64,000 nt of DNA from an uncultured Bacteroidales bacterium. GTDB lineage: Bacteria > Bacteroidota > Bacteroidia > Bacteroidales > UBA10428. The notes below the pieces were generated by a model that saw only the letters and a list, made by a program, of their open reading frames with translations, made no database searches and was not told the origin of the DNA. This document shows, in pieces, positions 1 through 10,397 of the stretch (positions within the stretch are counted from its first letter, which is position 1; each line of letters starts with the position of its first letter). The translations under genes and the position numbers were made by a program. The stretch spans positions 17,975-81,974 of the forward strand of contig CAYTNC010000001.1 of assembly GCA_964438935.1 (NCBI GenBank), in the 5' to 3' direction.

Positions 1-1
1 T

Positions 2-175
2 GATATCTCTTGTAGGTGCAGCGATTGTTCTTATATGAAATTGAATACTGTTAAAAAGCTTTATAATGCCCTTTTATTTGAAATGCCTGAAATTGTTGTA
101 AAAGAAGAATTACTTTTGAAAGCCAGATCTTCCATTACCAGAATGCTTGAAATTTCAGAAAAACTGGGATTATGA
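2..175 (+). CDS. nadA: quinolinate synthase NadA, C-terminal fragment (5' end lies outside the window)
   Basis: Frame 2 is open from the window edge to TGA at 173-175. The translation [57 protein letters not shown] resembles the NadA C-terminus (last cluster Cys followed by xMK..T..K, then a ..RMLE tail). The stop overlaps the next gene's ATG (ATGA). Confidence 0.5.
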   Translation, partial: DISCRCSDCSYMKLNTVKKLYNALLFEMPEIVVKEELLLKARSSITRMLEISEKLGL

Positions 176-1746
176 AATGGTTTTTATACAGAGGGATTTT
201 TCTTTTGGGCTGCTTGTCACTGTTTTTACAATTAGCAGGCCAGGAAAAACTGATGGATAATGGATATAATAAAATCTACCTTCCCAACGGAAAGATATCG
301 AGCGAGGGCTTTATGAAAAACGGTAAACCTGAAGGGCTGTGGAAAACATATTATCCAAGTGGTGTTATACGTTCTGAAGGAGTGCGAAATAATCATTTAC
401 TCGATAGTGTTTGGGTTTTTTATAACGAGGCAGGAGATACCCTTCAGAAGGTTAGTTATTCAATGGGAAAGAGAAATGGGTATACCTACGACTATTATCA
501 ATCTGCTGGTGCTGATCCAATGGTCAGGGGCAGAATAATTTCAAGGGAGTTATATGTAAATGATAAAAAGGAAGGATTGTCATCTTATTATTATTTAAGC
601 GGCGCCTTGAAAGAGGAAGTTGCTTATTTGAATAATAAGAGAAATGGACTTACCCGCGAATTTGATGAAAAGGGTACCCTGATTACCCTGCTTACCTATA
701 GAAATGGAATATTAACTGATAGAGAAAAGATTAACCGGAAGGACGAGCAGGGTCTCAGGCAGGGAACATGGAAAACCTACTACGATAACGGCCGGTTAAA
801 AAATGAAATGTACTTCAAAGATGACCTGTTGTCCGGTGTATACAAAGAATATGAAGAAAACGGTAATCTCAAAGTTTTTATGCAGTATAACAAGGGACTG
901 ATTGTGGAAGAAAAAGACACAGTTGCTTTGGATATTGAAATAAGAAATGAATATGATAATAGCGGAAATCTTATTTTCTCAGGTTCCTTCAGAAAAAATG
1001 TACCGGTAGGAATTCACCGCAATTATGATCAGAGCGGCAAAGTAACCGGTGCTGTTATATATTCTGATGAGGGAGTTCAGATGGGTGCGGGTATTCTTAC
1101 CAATGAGGGAAAAAAAGAGGGTAACTGGAAATATCTATATGCAAACGGAAAGGTAAAATCGAGCGGTAACTATTCAAATAACCTGGAGCAGGGCAAGTGG
1201 CTGTATTATTTTGAAAATGGAAAAATGGAACAGGAGGGCGTTTTTAAAAATGGCAAACCCAACGGATTATGGCAATGGTTTTACGCTACAGGCGGAATAA
1301 AAAGGGAAGAAGCGTATTTTGAAGGTAAAGAAGAAGGCCAATATGTTGAATATGATACGGTAGGACAGGTGCTTGTAAAAGGCACCTATTTCGACGGACA
1401 GAAGGAAGGTGAATGGTTCTATCAGGTTGGTGATTATACGGAAAAGGGTAAATATGTGGGTGATCTCAAGGATGGTAAATGGCAGGCTTTTTATAGCAAC
1501 GGAAAGTTAAAATATGAAGGTAATTTTGTGCAGGGAAATCCTGATGGGGAGCACACTTTTTATTACAGTAACGGAGTGGTTAAAGAAATTAATTATTATA
1601 GCATGGGTATTTCGGAAAAGAATTGGAAGAAATTTGATGAGAACGGATTGCTTTTACTTACCGTTACCTACAAGGATAACCGCGAATACCGAATTAACGG
1701 CGAGAAGGTCGAATTTGCAGAAGAGGATATCAAATTAATACAATAG
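172..1746 (+). CDS. secreted MORN-variant (YwqK-family) repeat protein
   Basis: 524-aa ORF with a signal-like N-terminus ([15 protein letters not shown]). The body is about 20 tandem ~23-aa repeats of the G-x-W-x-x-Y-Y-x-N-G-x-(L/K) type, e.g. [20 protein letters not shown] and [19 protein letters not shown]. Confidence 0.7.
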   Translation: MKWFLYRGIFLLGCLSLFLQLAGQEKLMDNGYNKIYLPNGKISSEGFMKNGKPEGLWKTYYPSGVIRSEGVRNNHLLDSVWVFYNEAGDTLQKVSYSMGKRNGYTYDYYQSAGADPMVRGRIISRELYVNDKKEGLSSYYYLSGALKEEVAYLNNKRNGLTREFDEKGTLITLLTYRNGILTDREKINRKDEQGLRQGTWKTYYDNGRLKNEMYFKDDLLSGVYKEYEENGNLKVFMQYNKGLIVEEKDTVALDIEIRNEYDNSGNLIFSGSFRKNVPVGIHRNYDQSGKVTGAVIYSDEGVQMGAGILTNEGKKEGNWKYLYANGKVKSSGNYSNNLEQGKWLYYFENGKMEQEGVFKNGKPNGLWQWFYATGGIKREEAYFEGKEEGQYVEYDTVGQVLVKGTYFDGQKEGEWFYQVGDYTEKGKYVGDLKDGKWQAFYSNGKLKYEGNFVQGNPDGEHTFYYSNGVVKEINYYSMGISEKNWKKFDENGLLLLTVTYKDNREYRINGEKVEFAEEDIKLIQ

Positions 1747-1754
1747 AGGACCTC

Positions 1755-2780
1755 ATGGAAAACGATTTTTTGTACAGAGAAGGTCTCGTTAATGATGAAG
1801 AGCGGGAACTGGATAAGAGTATCCGGCCCAAGAGTTTTAGTGATTTTAGCGGACAGGAGAAACTGGTTGAGAATCTGAAGGTTTTTGTTGAAGCTGCCAG
1901 GATCAGAAATGAGTCGCTTGATCATGTGATACTTTCAGGTCCTCCTGGATTGGGAAAGACTACCCTGGCCAACATAATTTCTAATGAACTCAACAGCAAT
2001 ATCCGGGTTACCTCCGGTCCGGTTTTGGAAAAAGCGGGTGATCTCGCCGGTATTCTAACCAATCTGGAAAGTCATGATGTGTTGTTTATTGATGAAATAC
2101 ACCGGCTTAATGTGGCTGTTGAAGAATTTCTTTATTCCGCAATGGAGGATTTTAAAATTGATTTGATTATTGATAAAGGGCCGGGTGCGCGATCCATTCA
2201 GCTTAATCTGAATCCTTTTACGCTTATTGGCGCAACTACAAGGGCGGGTTTGCTTTCGAGCCCGTTACGTGCCCGTTTTGGTATTAACATGCATCTTGAG
2301 TACTACGATTCAGAAGTACTGGAAAAAATAGTATATCGGTCCGCGGGGTTGCTGGGTATTGAAATTGATGCTGATGCCGCACATGAGATTGCCATGCGGT
2401 CGCGCGGAACCCCGCGAATTGCCAATTCATTGTTAAGGCGTGTCCGCGATTTTGCGCAGGTTAAGAAGCTGAACCGGATTCATTTGCAAATAGCTGAATT
2501 TGCACTGGAAGCACTAAATATTGACAAAAGGGGCCTGGACGAGATGGACAACCGTATTTTGCTCACCATGGTTGATAAATACCAGGGAGGCCCGGTAGGT
2601 TTAAACACCATTGCCACTGCCGTTAGCGAGGAACCCGGAACAATTGAGGAAGTATATGAACCCTTTCTGATCAAGGAAGGTTTCCTAAAGAGAACCCCCA
2701 GGGGAAGGGAGGTGACTGCGCTCACATACAAACACCTGGGAAGAGAGAAGCACGATAATTTGAGCTTACAATTCGATTAA
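1755..2780 (+). CDS. ruvB: Holliday junction branch migration DNA helicase RuvB
   Basis: Walker [12 protein letters not shown], Walker [11 protein letters not shown], and the sensor/arginine region [18 protein letters not shown]. The 341-aa length is typical. Confidence 0.95.
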   Translation: MENDFLYREGLVNDEERELDKSIRPKSFSDFSGQEKLVENLKVFVEAARIRNESLDHVILSGPPGLGKTTLANIISNELNSNIRVTSGPVLEKAGDLAGILTNLESHDVLFIDEIHRLNVAVEEFLYSAMEDFKIDLIIDKGPGARSIQLNLNPFTLIGATTRAGLLSSPLRARFGINMHLEYYDSEVLEKIVYRSAGLLGIEIDADAAHEIAMRSRGTPRIANSLLRRVRDFAQVKKLNRIHLQIAEFALEALNIDKRGLDEMDNRILLTMVDKYQGGPVGLNTIATAVSEEPGTIEEVYEPFLIKEGFLKRTPRGREVTALTYKHLGREKHDNLSLQFD

Positions 2781-2811
2781 ACCCTTTACCGGTTGTTACC
2801 TGATTGTTAAA

Positions 2812-3828
2812 TTAATAGGAACTATTGAACTGGTTGATAAAGCGAACATCGTTTTCAAAATACAAACGAAGATCGTTGACTTGGTATTTAAGCATTGCTA
2901 TTCGTTCAATTCCCATCCCAAAAGCAAATCCGGTATATTTTTTACTGTCGATGGAAGAAGCCTCAAGTACGTTGGGATCGACCATACCGCACCCCAGAAT
3001 TTCGAGAAAGCCTGTGTGTTTGCAAACATTACAGCCGGTTCCACCGCAAATGGTACATGATACATCCATTTCTGCCGAAGGTTCGGTAAATGGGAAAAAT
3101 GAGGGTCTTAAGCGGATCTGCGTTTTTTCGCCGAACATTTCACGGGCAAAGAACAGGAGTGTTTGCTTCAGGTCTGCAAAGGACACATTTTCATCAATAT
3201 ACAAGCCTTCTATTTGATGAAATATGCAATGGGCCCGTGCAGATATGGCTTCATTTCGAAAAACACGACCGGGAAAGATTTTTCGAATGGGCGGAGCTGT
3301 GTTTTCCATCACACGAACCTGAACAGAAGAAGTATGTGTTCTCAGCAGTATGTCGGGATGCTTTTCAATAAAGAATGTATCCTGCATATCCCTGGCCGGA
3401 TGCTCTTTCGGAAAATTCAATCCTGAGAATACGTGCCAGTCATCTTCAATTTCTGGTCCTTCGGCTACCGTAAAACCAATTTTAGAGAAAATAGAAACTA
3501 TTTCTCTTCTGATTAAAGAAACAGGATGCCGTGAACCTCTTGCTAAGGGTTCTGATGGCAAGGTCAGATCTCCGGAAAATTCCTTGGCTGAGTCTGCAAG
3601 CGTATCTTTAAACTCCTGATATTTTGCTGCGGCCTTTTCTTTAAGAAGATTCAAATGCTGACCGGTAGCTTTTTTGATTTCGGGCGGTAACGTTTTAAAT
3701 TCTTCAAAGAGCACAGCGAAAAGTCCCTTTTTGCTTAAATATTGCAGTCTGAAGCTTTCTAGTTCCTCGCTATTGGTAATTTGGAATTTTTCTATTTCCC
3801 CGGAGTATTTTGCAATGCGGTCGTTCAT
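2812..3828 (-). CDS. pheS: phenylalanine--tRNA ligase alpha subunit
   Basis: Class II aaRS motifs are present: FPFTEPSAEMDV and GFAFGMGIERIAMLKY. Length 338 aa. Confidence 0.95.
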   Translation of the reverse strand: MNDRIAKYSGEIEKFQITNSEELESFRLQYLSKKGLFAVLFEEFKTLPPEIKKATGQHLNLLKEKAAAKYQEFKDTLADSAKEFSGDLTLPSEPLARGSRHPVSLIRREIVSIFSKIGFTVAEGPEIEDDWHVFSGLNFPKEHPARDMQDTFFIEKHPDILLRTHTSSVQVRVMENTAPPIRKIFPGRVFRNEAISARAHCIFHQIEGLYIDENVSFADLKQTLLFFAREMFGEKTQIRLRPSFFPFTEPSAEMDVSCTICGGTGCNVCKHTGFLEILGCGMVDPNVLEASSIDSKKYTGFAFGMGIERIAMLKYQVNDLRLYFENDVRFINQFNSSY

Positions 3829-3839
3829 TTTTCTATTCT

Positions 3840-4511
3840 TTATTCGGCAATATAGGCCTTTAGTATTTTAATATCAGAAACGGGACGATTGCGTTGATCT
3901 GTTTGTGCTGTAGCTATTTTATCAACAATATCAAAACCTTCTGTCACTTCCCCGAAAACAGTGTAGGCATTGTCAAGATGCGGTACACCGCCAACTGTGG
4001 TGTAGGCATTACGTTGCTCCGGAGTAAAAGGTTCATGCTTTCTGGAACTGACATAGGAATCAAGCTGGGGATTTGTCAATACTTGTCCCTGCACAATATA
4101 AAATTGTGAACCTGATGACTCTTTTTTCGGATTCATGGCGTCCCCCAATCTGGCAGCGGCAATAGCTCCGTTTTTATGAAAGTGTTTGTTTGAAAATTCA
4201 GCCGGAATTGTATAGCCAGGTCCGCCTTCACCAAGCATCTTACCGGAAGGAGCGTTACGTGAGTTGGGATCACCAGCCTGGATCATGAAATCTGAAATAA
4301 CACGATGGAAGAGTAACCCGTCATAATACCCCTGTTTAACCAGTTTGATGAAGTTTTCTTTATGCTTTGGGGTATCATCATAAAGAATAATTTTTATATC
4401 TCCTGCAGTAGTTTGCAGAACTATACTTGTTTGGGCTTTGCTGTTCATAGAGAGGATAAAGGTTAATAAAATAACTACTGGCGCTAAAAAAAGTAATTTG
4501 CTGTTTTTCAT
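3840..4511 (-). CDS. cyclophilin-type peptidyl-prolyl cis-trans isomerase, secreted
   Basis: Cyclophilin signatures FHRVISDFMIQAGDP and GSQFYIV, with an N-terminal signal peptide (LLFLAPVVILLTFILSMNSKAQ). Confidence 0.9.
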   Translation of the reverse strand: MKNSKLLFLAPVVILLTFILSMNSKAQTSIVLQTTAGDIKIILYDDTPKHKENFIKLVKQGYYDGLLFHRVISDFMIQAGDPNSRNAPSGKMLGEGGPGYTIPAEFSNKHFHKNGAIAAARLGDAMNPKKESSGSQFYIVQGQVLTNPQLDSYVSSRKHEPFTPEQRNAYTTVGGVPHLDNAYTVFGEVTEGFDIVDKIATAQTDQRNRPVSDIKILKAYIAE

Positions 4512-4607
4512 GAAGCGTGGTTTTTTGAAATATATTTACGCTATAATAGCGTGTGAAATTATAAAATATTTTGTCCTGATTAATCGTTTGATACAAATTT
4601 TACTTCT

Positions 4608-6095
4608 TTGAATCCTTATAAAAAGCTGGGCGGTCAGGCTGTAATTTACGGTTTGGGTAATGTGGTACCGAGGTTGCTGAATTATGCGGTATTGACAGTT
4701 TATTACACCAGACGATTTTCCATTGAGGAGTTTGGTATGATTACTGAACTCTATGCCTATGTTGCCATTTTACTGATTATTCTTACTTATGGCATGGAGA
4801 CCGGCTTGTTTAAATTTTCTGTTGGAAAAGAGAAAAACAACGCGGTTTATTCCACGGCTCTTATTTCTGTCATCAGTACTTCTGTTTTGTTTTTTTTACT
4901 GATCTTACTTTTTAATAAAAGTATCGCGGTATTAATTGGTTATAAAGGCAATCCTGAATATATCCTTTATCTGGGGCTTACTCTTTCTTTAGACGCCATT
5001 ACATCTATAGCATTTGCGAAATTGCGGATTGAAAACAAGGTGCGGAGATTTGCGACTTTGAAAATTATCAATGTTGTTGTTACCATATTTTTTGTTTTTC
5101 TGTTTCTTGAAGCACTTCCTGGAATTCAGCATATTTCAAAATCAGCATGGTATGTTCAAAAAATTCAGTCTGTTGGTGTTGGATTTGTTTTCATATCAAA
5201 CCTGTTGGCTAGTTTTGTCGTTCTTATTTTGATGCTCAAAGATCACTACCGGCTTAAATGGAGCGTTGATTTGGTGTTGCTTAAGAAACTTCTTATCTAT
5301 TCACTCCCGCTTTTAGTTGCAGGTCTTGCAGGCACTTTTAATGAAACGATTGACCGTATTTTGCTCAGGTCTTTCACGCCAGAGGGATTGAATCCGTTGT
5401 ACGAAATAGGAATTTATGGCGCCAATTATAGGATTGCTGTTCTTATGACACTTTTTGTACAAATGTTCCGCTATGCCGCTGAGCCTTTTTTCTTTAATAT
5501 GACTAAAAGTTCCGATTCAAAGGTTGTTTATGCCAATGTGCTCAAGTATTTCACTATTTTTCTAATGGTAATTTTCCTGGTGGTTGCACTGGGCATTGAT
5601 GTTTTTAAGTTGTTTATAGACAGCAAACATTACGAAGGCCTTAGTATTGTTCCTGTTGTTTTGATGGCTAACGTATTTGTGGGTATGTTGTTTAACGTGA
5701 ACATGTGGTATAAAATTACCGGACATACTATTTATGGGGTTTATATTACCAGCCTGGGAGCGTTGGTTACCATTGTGATGAATATTTTACTGATTCCTTT
5801 ATACAGTTATCATGCCTGTGCCTGGATTCATCTGGTCAGTAATTTTGTTATGCTGAGTCTCACTTATTTGATTGGTCAAAGGTTTTACATGGTTAATTAT
5901 GACCTTGGAAAGATAGTTTTCTACATGGTACTGGCCCTCGGCTTTTATTTTGTTGGGATTGCGTTAAGAACGGATAAAGAATATGTTAATATTGCAATAG
6001 GCCTGGTTTTTGTTGCTGTTTATGTATTCATTTGCAATAAAAGGGAAAATCTATTTAACGTATTTTTGGGAAAAAATGAAAGTAAAGATTGTTAA
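4608..6095 (+). CDS. polysaccharide/oligosaccharide flippase family membrane protein (MOP/PST superfamily)
   Basis: 495-aa polytopic membrane protein (more than 12 hydrophobic spans) with a PST-type N-terminus ([30 protein letters not shown]). It uses a TTG start at 4608, because the first in-frame ATG is far downstream. The position just upstream of dut is common in Bacteroidota. Confidence 0.6.
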   Translation: MNPYKKLGGQAVIYGLGNVVPRLLNYAVLTVYYTRRFSIEEFGMITELYAYVAILLIILTYGMETGLFKFSVGKEKNNAVYSTALISVISTSVLFFLLILLFNKSIAVLIGYKGNPEYILYLGLTLSLDAITSIAFAKLRIENKVRRFATLKIINVVVTIFFVFLFLEALPGIQHISKSAWYVQKIQSVGVGFVFISNLLASFVVLILMLKDHYRLKWSVDLVLLKKLLIYSLPLLVAGLAGTFNETIDRILLRSFTPEGLNPLYEIGIYGANYRIAVLMTLFVQMFRYAAEPFFFNMTKSSDSKVVYANVLKYFTIFLMVIFLVVALGIDVFKLFIDSKHYEGLSIVPVVLMANVFVGMLFNVNMWYKITGHTIYGVYITSLGALVTIVMNILLIPLYSYHACAWIHLVSNFVMLSLTYLIGQRFYMVNYDLGKIVFYMVLALGFYFVGIALRTDKEYVNIAIGLVFVAVYVFICNKRENLFNVFLGKNESKDC

Positions 6096-6507
6096 CAGAT
6101 CGAAACATGCATGTCCGTCTTACGCAACGATGTTGTCTGCCGGCATGGATATTTTTGCCAACCTGGATCAGCCGGTTTTACTGAAACCTTTGGAAAGGGC
6201 GTTAATACCAACAGGATTGTTTATTGAATTGCCGGAAGGATTCGAGGCCCAAATCAGGCCAAGAAGCGGACTGGCTCTAAAAAAGGGAATTACTGTATTA
6301 AATAGTCCGGGTACGGTTGATGCTGATTACCGGGGGGAAATTGGAGTGATACTTGTAAATCTTTCAAATGATGATTTTCTGGTTAATGATGGTGAACGCA
6401 TTTGTCAAATGATTGTTTCAAGACATGAGAAGGTGGAATGGATTGAAACAGATTTACTTAATGGAACAGAAAGAGGAAGTGGCGGTTTTGGTCATACAGG
6501 ATCCTAA
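6076..6507 (+). CDS. dut: dUTP diphosphatase
   Basis: dUTPase motifs [30 protein letters not shown] and [11 protein letters not shown] moved the start to ATG 6076 (MKVKIVNRS...). The track ORF start at 6010 would overlap the flippase gene by 86 nt. Confidence 0.9.
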   Translation: MKVKIVNRSKHACPSYATMLSAGMDIFANLDQPVLLKPLERALIPTGLFIELPEGFEAQIRPRSGLALKKGITVLNSPGTVDADYRGEIGVILVNLSNDDFLVNDGERICQMIVSRHEKVEWIETDLLNGTERGSGGFGHTGS

Positions 6508-6516
6508 ATTTTATTT

Positions 6517-8256
6517 ATGCAAAACGTGAGAAAGATATTCTTATATTGTTTAATTGTACTCAGTTTTAATCTGTTTGGTAATACTTCATTTGCACAGGAG
6601 GTTTCGCGTGTTTTAAGACCTAACGTGGAAAGAAGCGAGCAGGACTATTACTTTGCTTTTACTGAAGCAACTCGTTACTTTATGACCGGCAATTATATAC
6701 AGGCTGTTAATCTGTATAACGAATGCCTGAGAATCAAATCTTCTAGCGGCGCTCCGCACTATCAGTTGTCACGAATTTTTCTGAATGCCGGTAATAATTT
6801 GCTGGCACTGGAGCATGCAAAAAAGGCTGTTGCATTTGATAAATCCAATAAGTGGTATCTCCAGGGGCTTGCCAATATTTATCAAATCGAAGGGAAGAAA
6901 GATAGCGCTGTTGTTGTTTTAAAGCAACTCTTATTACTTGACGGGAATAATCCTTCTTACCTGATGAATATTGCGGGTTTAAATGAAGAATTGGGCAGGT
7001 TGGATAGTTCAATGAAGTATTTGGATCTGATAGAAAGAAAAATTGGTACTTCAAAGGAGGTATCATTAAAGAGATATCAAATTTATGAAAGCATGAGGTT
7101 GTCAGATAAAGCTCTGGGCAGTCTTAATAAGGCTTATTCATTGGATACATCAGATTATGTTGTTTCTGGAATGCTGGCTGAGTTTTACCGGGGAAGAAGT
7201 CAGGCAGACTCTGCAGCAAAGTATTACAGCAGAATATATCCTGAATATAAATCAGAGCCTATGGTTTCTTATTCCTATGCTGAATTTCTGCTTGAATTGC
7301 ACGATACTGTTAATGCGAGGGATGTATTACTGGAAACTATGAAGGACAAAAAAACTACTGTCCTGCAGAAGTCTGAATACTTTTTGAAATTAATACAGAA
7401 TAAGGAAGTATTTGATTTGAATAGGCCCATTTTAGATACAATTGCAAACGCATATCTGAAGGAATATCCCAATGATATACGTGCTTTATCTGTTTATTCC
7501 GATTTACAAATTCGCCAAAGAAATTACAAGAGGGCAACAGCCGTATTAATAAGGGTTTATGAACTTGATAGAAGGAATTATCTGGCACTTGAACAGTTGT
7601 TGTATACCTTGAATATTTTAGGCAAGAGCGATAGTGTCTTTTTATTTTCAGAAGAAGGGCTTAAAAGTTTTACAGACAGGCCATTGATTTATTTGTTTAA
7701 CGGATCCGCAAAGAACGATCTAAAGAAATTTAGTGAGGCTCTTGTTTCTTTAAACAGAGGATTAAGTATTGTTACGGACAGTGCAATGAAAGTTCAGTTT
7801 TATAATTTGCTGGCCGATTCATACCGGAATCTTGGTGAATATGCCAAGTCTGATGATGCCTTTGAGAAGGCCTTGTTGATAGATCCGGTTAATATTGTTA
7901 TCAGAAACAATTATGCCTATTACCTTTCAGTGCGAGGAGAGAGATTAAAAGTTGCCCGTAAAATGAGCCGGCAAACTTTAAAAGTAGAACCTGAAAATGC
8001 CACCTATCTGGATACCTATGCCTGGATCCTTTTTAGGATGAAAAAGATTTCGAAAGCACAAAGATACATTACCCTTGCACTGAACCACAGTGGTGATCAA
8101 AATAGTGAAATATTGCTGCACGCCGGAGAGATTTTTTTAAAAGCAAGAATATATGATAAGGCTTTGATTTATTATAAGAAGGCAATTACATTGCTTCAGG
8201 GCACTGAAAGACAAGATGCTGAAAATAGGATTAATGCAATAATGATGAAACAGTGA
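6517..8256 (+). CDS. tetratricopeptide (TPR) repeat protein, secreted
   Basis: 579 aa with a signal-like N-terminus (LYCLIVLSFNLFGNTSFAQ) and repeated 34-aa A/Y/L-patterned helices (e.g. GNYIQAVNLYNECLRI, EYAKSDDAFEKALLIDP). Its stop overlaps the next gene's start (ATGA at 8253-8256). Confidence 0.7.
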   Translation: MQNVRKIFLYCLIVLSFNLFGNTSFAQEVSRVLRPNVERSEQDYYFAFTEATRYFMTGNYIQAVNLYNECLRIKSSSGAPHYQLSRIFLNAGNNLLALEHAKKAVAFDKSNKWYLQGLANIYQIEGKKDSAVVVLKQLLLLDGNNPSYLMNIAGLNEELGRLDSSMKYLDLIERKIGTSKEVSLKRYQIYESMRLSDKALGSLNKAYSLDTSDYVVSGMLAEFYRGRSQADSAAKYYSRIYPEYKSEPMVSYSYAEFLLELHDTVNARDVLLETMKDKKTTVLQKSEYFLKLIQNKEVFDLNRPILDTIANAYLKEYPNDIRALSVYSDLQIRQRNYKRATAVLIRVYELDRRNYLALEQLLYTLNILGKSDSVFLFSEEGLKSFTDRPLIYLFNGSAKNDLKKFSEALVSLNRGLSIVTDSAMKVQFYNLLADSYRNLGEYAKSDDAFEKALLIDPVNIVIRNNYAYYLSVRGERLKVARKMSRQTLKVEPENATYLDTYAWILFRMKKISKAQRYITLALNHSGDQNSEILLHAGEIFLKARIYDKALIYYKKAITLLQGTERQDAENRINAIMMKQ

Positions 8257-9461
8257 TATTTAACACAATGAGAATTCTTTTTGTTATAGGTTTGTGGTCT
8301 GTTTTATTCTCATGTCAGCTATTTGGCCAGGATAATGCTAAAAAGATTAGGGAAAACCGGGATAAGACGTTACAGGAAATTGAATATGCAAATAAATTAC
8401 TGATTGAAACGCAGGGAAAAACAAAGGAGTCGCTGAATGAAGTATCCCTGATTAACCATAAATTAAACAAGAGAAAGGAGTTTTTAGTTGGGGTTGAAGT
8501 TGAGATGTCAGTTTTAGATCAAGCCATTGAGGGGAACCAGATGACTATTTACGGTGTTGAAAAGGAAATAGAAAAGCTGAAACAACTTTATGCTAAGATG
8601 ATTCTCAATGGTTATAAAAATCAGAGTAAACAGTTTGTAATGATGTATTTTCTGGCCTCCGAGAATCTGAATCAGCTTTACCGGAGAATTAGAATTATTA
8701 AATTGTTTAACAGCTATTTGAGAAAGAAACATGGTGAATTAAATGGGTTAAGAGCCGACTATTTAATGAAGATTAATGAATTGCAGCGGCTTAAGGGGGA
8801 GAAAGATGTGTTGGCAAAGAAGGCAAAGAAGGAAACGCTCATCATTCAGCAGGAAGTTAATCAGAAGAAAAATTTAGTAAACCAACTTAAAAAAAAGCAA
8901 AAAGAAATTGAGGAGGAAATAAGAAATAAGGAGAAAACAGCTAAAAAGCTTGAAAATGAGTTGAAAAAGATTATTGATGAAGAGCGGAAAAAAATAAAAT
9001 CTTCGGGGTCAAAGGAAAGGATGACCCCTGCTGAGAAAATTATTTCAAGCGACTTTGAAAAGAACGCCGGACGACTTCCCTGGCCAACCCAAAAGGGGGT
9101 GATTACGGGTCAGTATGGTGAGCATCAGCATCCCGATTATAAGTCTGTTACTGTGCGAAACGACGGGATTTACATAGCAACTGGTGCCGGGGAGTCTGCC
9201 AGGTCGATATTTAAAGGTGTTGTTTCAAGAGTTTTTTCAATTCCGGGTGAAAACTTTACTGTTATTATTAAGCATGGTCAATTCTATTCGCTATACCACA
9301 ATTTAATCAATGTGAGCGTAAAAGCCGGACAAAGTGTGGATATTAAGGAAAACATCGGCAGGGTTTTTACAAATAATAATACAAAGGAAACGGTCTTGTA
9401 TTTTCAGATATGGAAAGAAACTGAAAGAAGAGATCCGGAATTGTGGCTGGCTCCTTTATAA
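8253..9461 (+). CDS. EnvC-like murein hydrolase activator (coiled coil plus degenerate M23/LytM domain)
   Basis: Long K/E/Q-rich coiled-coil N-terminal half and a C-terminal LytM fold (GVITGQYGEHQHPDYK..., IIKHGQFYSLYHNL). The usual HxH metal motif is replaced (VLYFQIW), as in non-catalytic EnvC-type activators. Confidence 0.65.
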   Translation: MIFNTMRILFVIGLWSVLFSCQLFGQDNAKKIRENRDKTLQEIEYANKLLIETQGKTKESLNEVSLINHKLNKRKEFLVGVEVEMSVLDQAIEGNQMTIYGVEKEIEKLKQLYAKMILNGYKNQSKQFVMMYFLASENLNQLYRRIRIIKLFNSYLRKKHGELNGLRADYLMKINELQRLKGEKDVLAKKAKKETLIIQQEVNQKKNLVNQLKKKQKEIEEEIRNKEKTAKKLENELKKIIDEERKKIKSSGSKERMTPAEKIISSDFEKNAGRLPWPTQKGVITGQYGEHQHPDYKSVTVRNDGIYIATGAGESARSIFKGVVSRVFSIPGENFTVIIKHGQFYSLYHNLINVSVKAGQSVDIKENIGRVFTNNNTKETVLYFQIWKETERRDPELWLAPL

Positions 9462-9558
9462 ATTGAATTGGTTTTTTTAATAATTTAGCATAAAACTTTC
9501 CTAAAAGAGTAACAAAAGAAGTTTTATTGAGTATATAAAATGAACTGAAATAACCCTG

Positions 9559-9960
9559 GTGATGAAAAGAAGTCTTAAAGTAGCCTCAAAAATTGAGAAT
9601 TTAAGAAAGGTAGAGAAGCTGATAGACGAGTTATCTACCGAATACAATATAAGTGCAGATGTATATGGAAATATTCTTATTGCTGCACTTGAAGCTGCAA
9701 ATAATGCCATTTTGCACGGAAATAAGCTGGATGAAAACAAGAATGTGAATATTGCAGTAGAAATTGATGAGAAGAAGCTTAGAATTAAGATTGATGATGA
9801 AGGAAATGGTTTCGACTATAAGAATGTGCCCGACCCCACTGCCCCGGAAAATATAGAAAATGTTAATGGAAGAGGTATTTTCCTTATGGAAAAGCTCTCA
9901 GATCATATTGTGTTTACTAGGAACGGAGCTACTGTTGAACTTGAGTTTAATATTAAGTAA
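9559..9960 (+). CDS. small GHKL ATPase, anti-sigma-factor-type Ser/Thr kinase-like (RsbW/SpoIIAB-like)
   Basis: 133 aa. N-box LEAANNAILHGN, G1 box DDEGNGFD and G2-like NGRGIFLM are present. There is no HisKA domain. Confidence 0.6.
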   Translation: MMKRSLKVASKIENLRKVEKLIDELSTEYNISADVYGNILIAALEAANNAILHGNKLDENKNVNIAVEIDEKKLRIKIDDEGNGFDYKNVPDPTAPENIENVNGRGIFLMEKLSDHIVFTRNGATVELEFNIK

Positions 9961-9963
9961 AGC

Positions 9964-10380
9964 TTGAAGATTAATTATTTTTATGATGTTTATAAGAAAA
10001 AGGCAATTGTTGATGCGATTGTTGTAGAAAGGCTGATCAAAAACCTGTTAAGGAAAGAGGAAAAGAAGTTAGGAGAAATAAACATTACATTTACCGGCAA
10101 CCCGGCTATACTTGAGGTCAATCAAAAGTTTCTGAATCATAGTTATTATACGGACATTATTACATTTAACTACTGTAAAAAAAATGTGGTTTCCGGAGAT
10201 CTGCTGATCAGTCTTGATCAGGTTGAAATCAATTCCCGTAAGTATAAGAGTATTTTTGAAAGAGAATTACTTCGCGTAATTATTCATGGTGTACTTCATT
10301 TGGTGGGATACAATGATACGAGTGAGGATGAAATTCGAATCATGAGAAAGAAAGAAGATACGTATCTTTGCGAATTGTAA
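9964..10380 (+). CDS. ybeY: rRNA maturation endoribonuclease YbeY
   Basis: Zn-binding signature HGVLHLVGYND. 138 aa. TTG start 4 nt after the preceding stop. Confidence 0.9.
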   Translation: MKINYFYDVYKKKAIVDAIVVERLIKNLLRKEEKKLGEINITFTGNPAILEVNQKFLNHSYYTDIITFNYCKKNVVSGDLLISLDQVEINSRKYKSIFERELLRVIIHGVLHLVGYNDTSEDEIRIMRKKEDTYLCEL

Positions 10381-10397
10381 ACAAAAACTGAGTTTTC

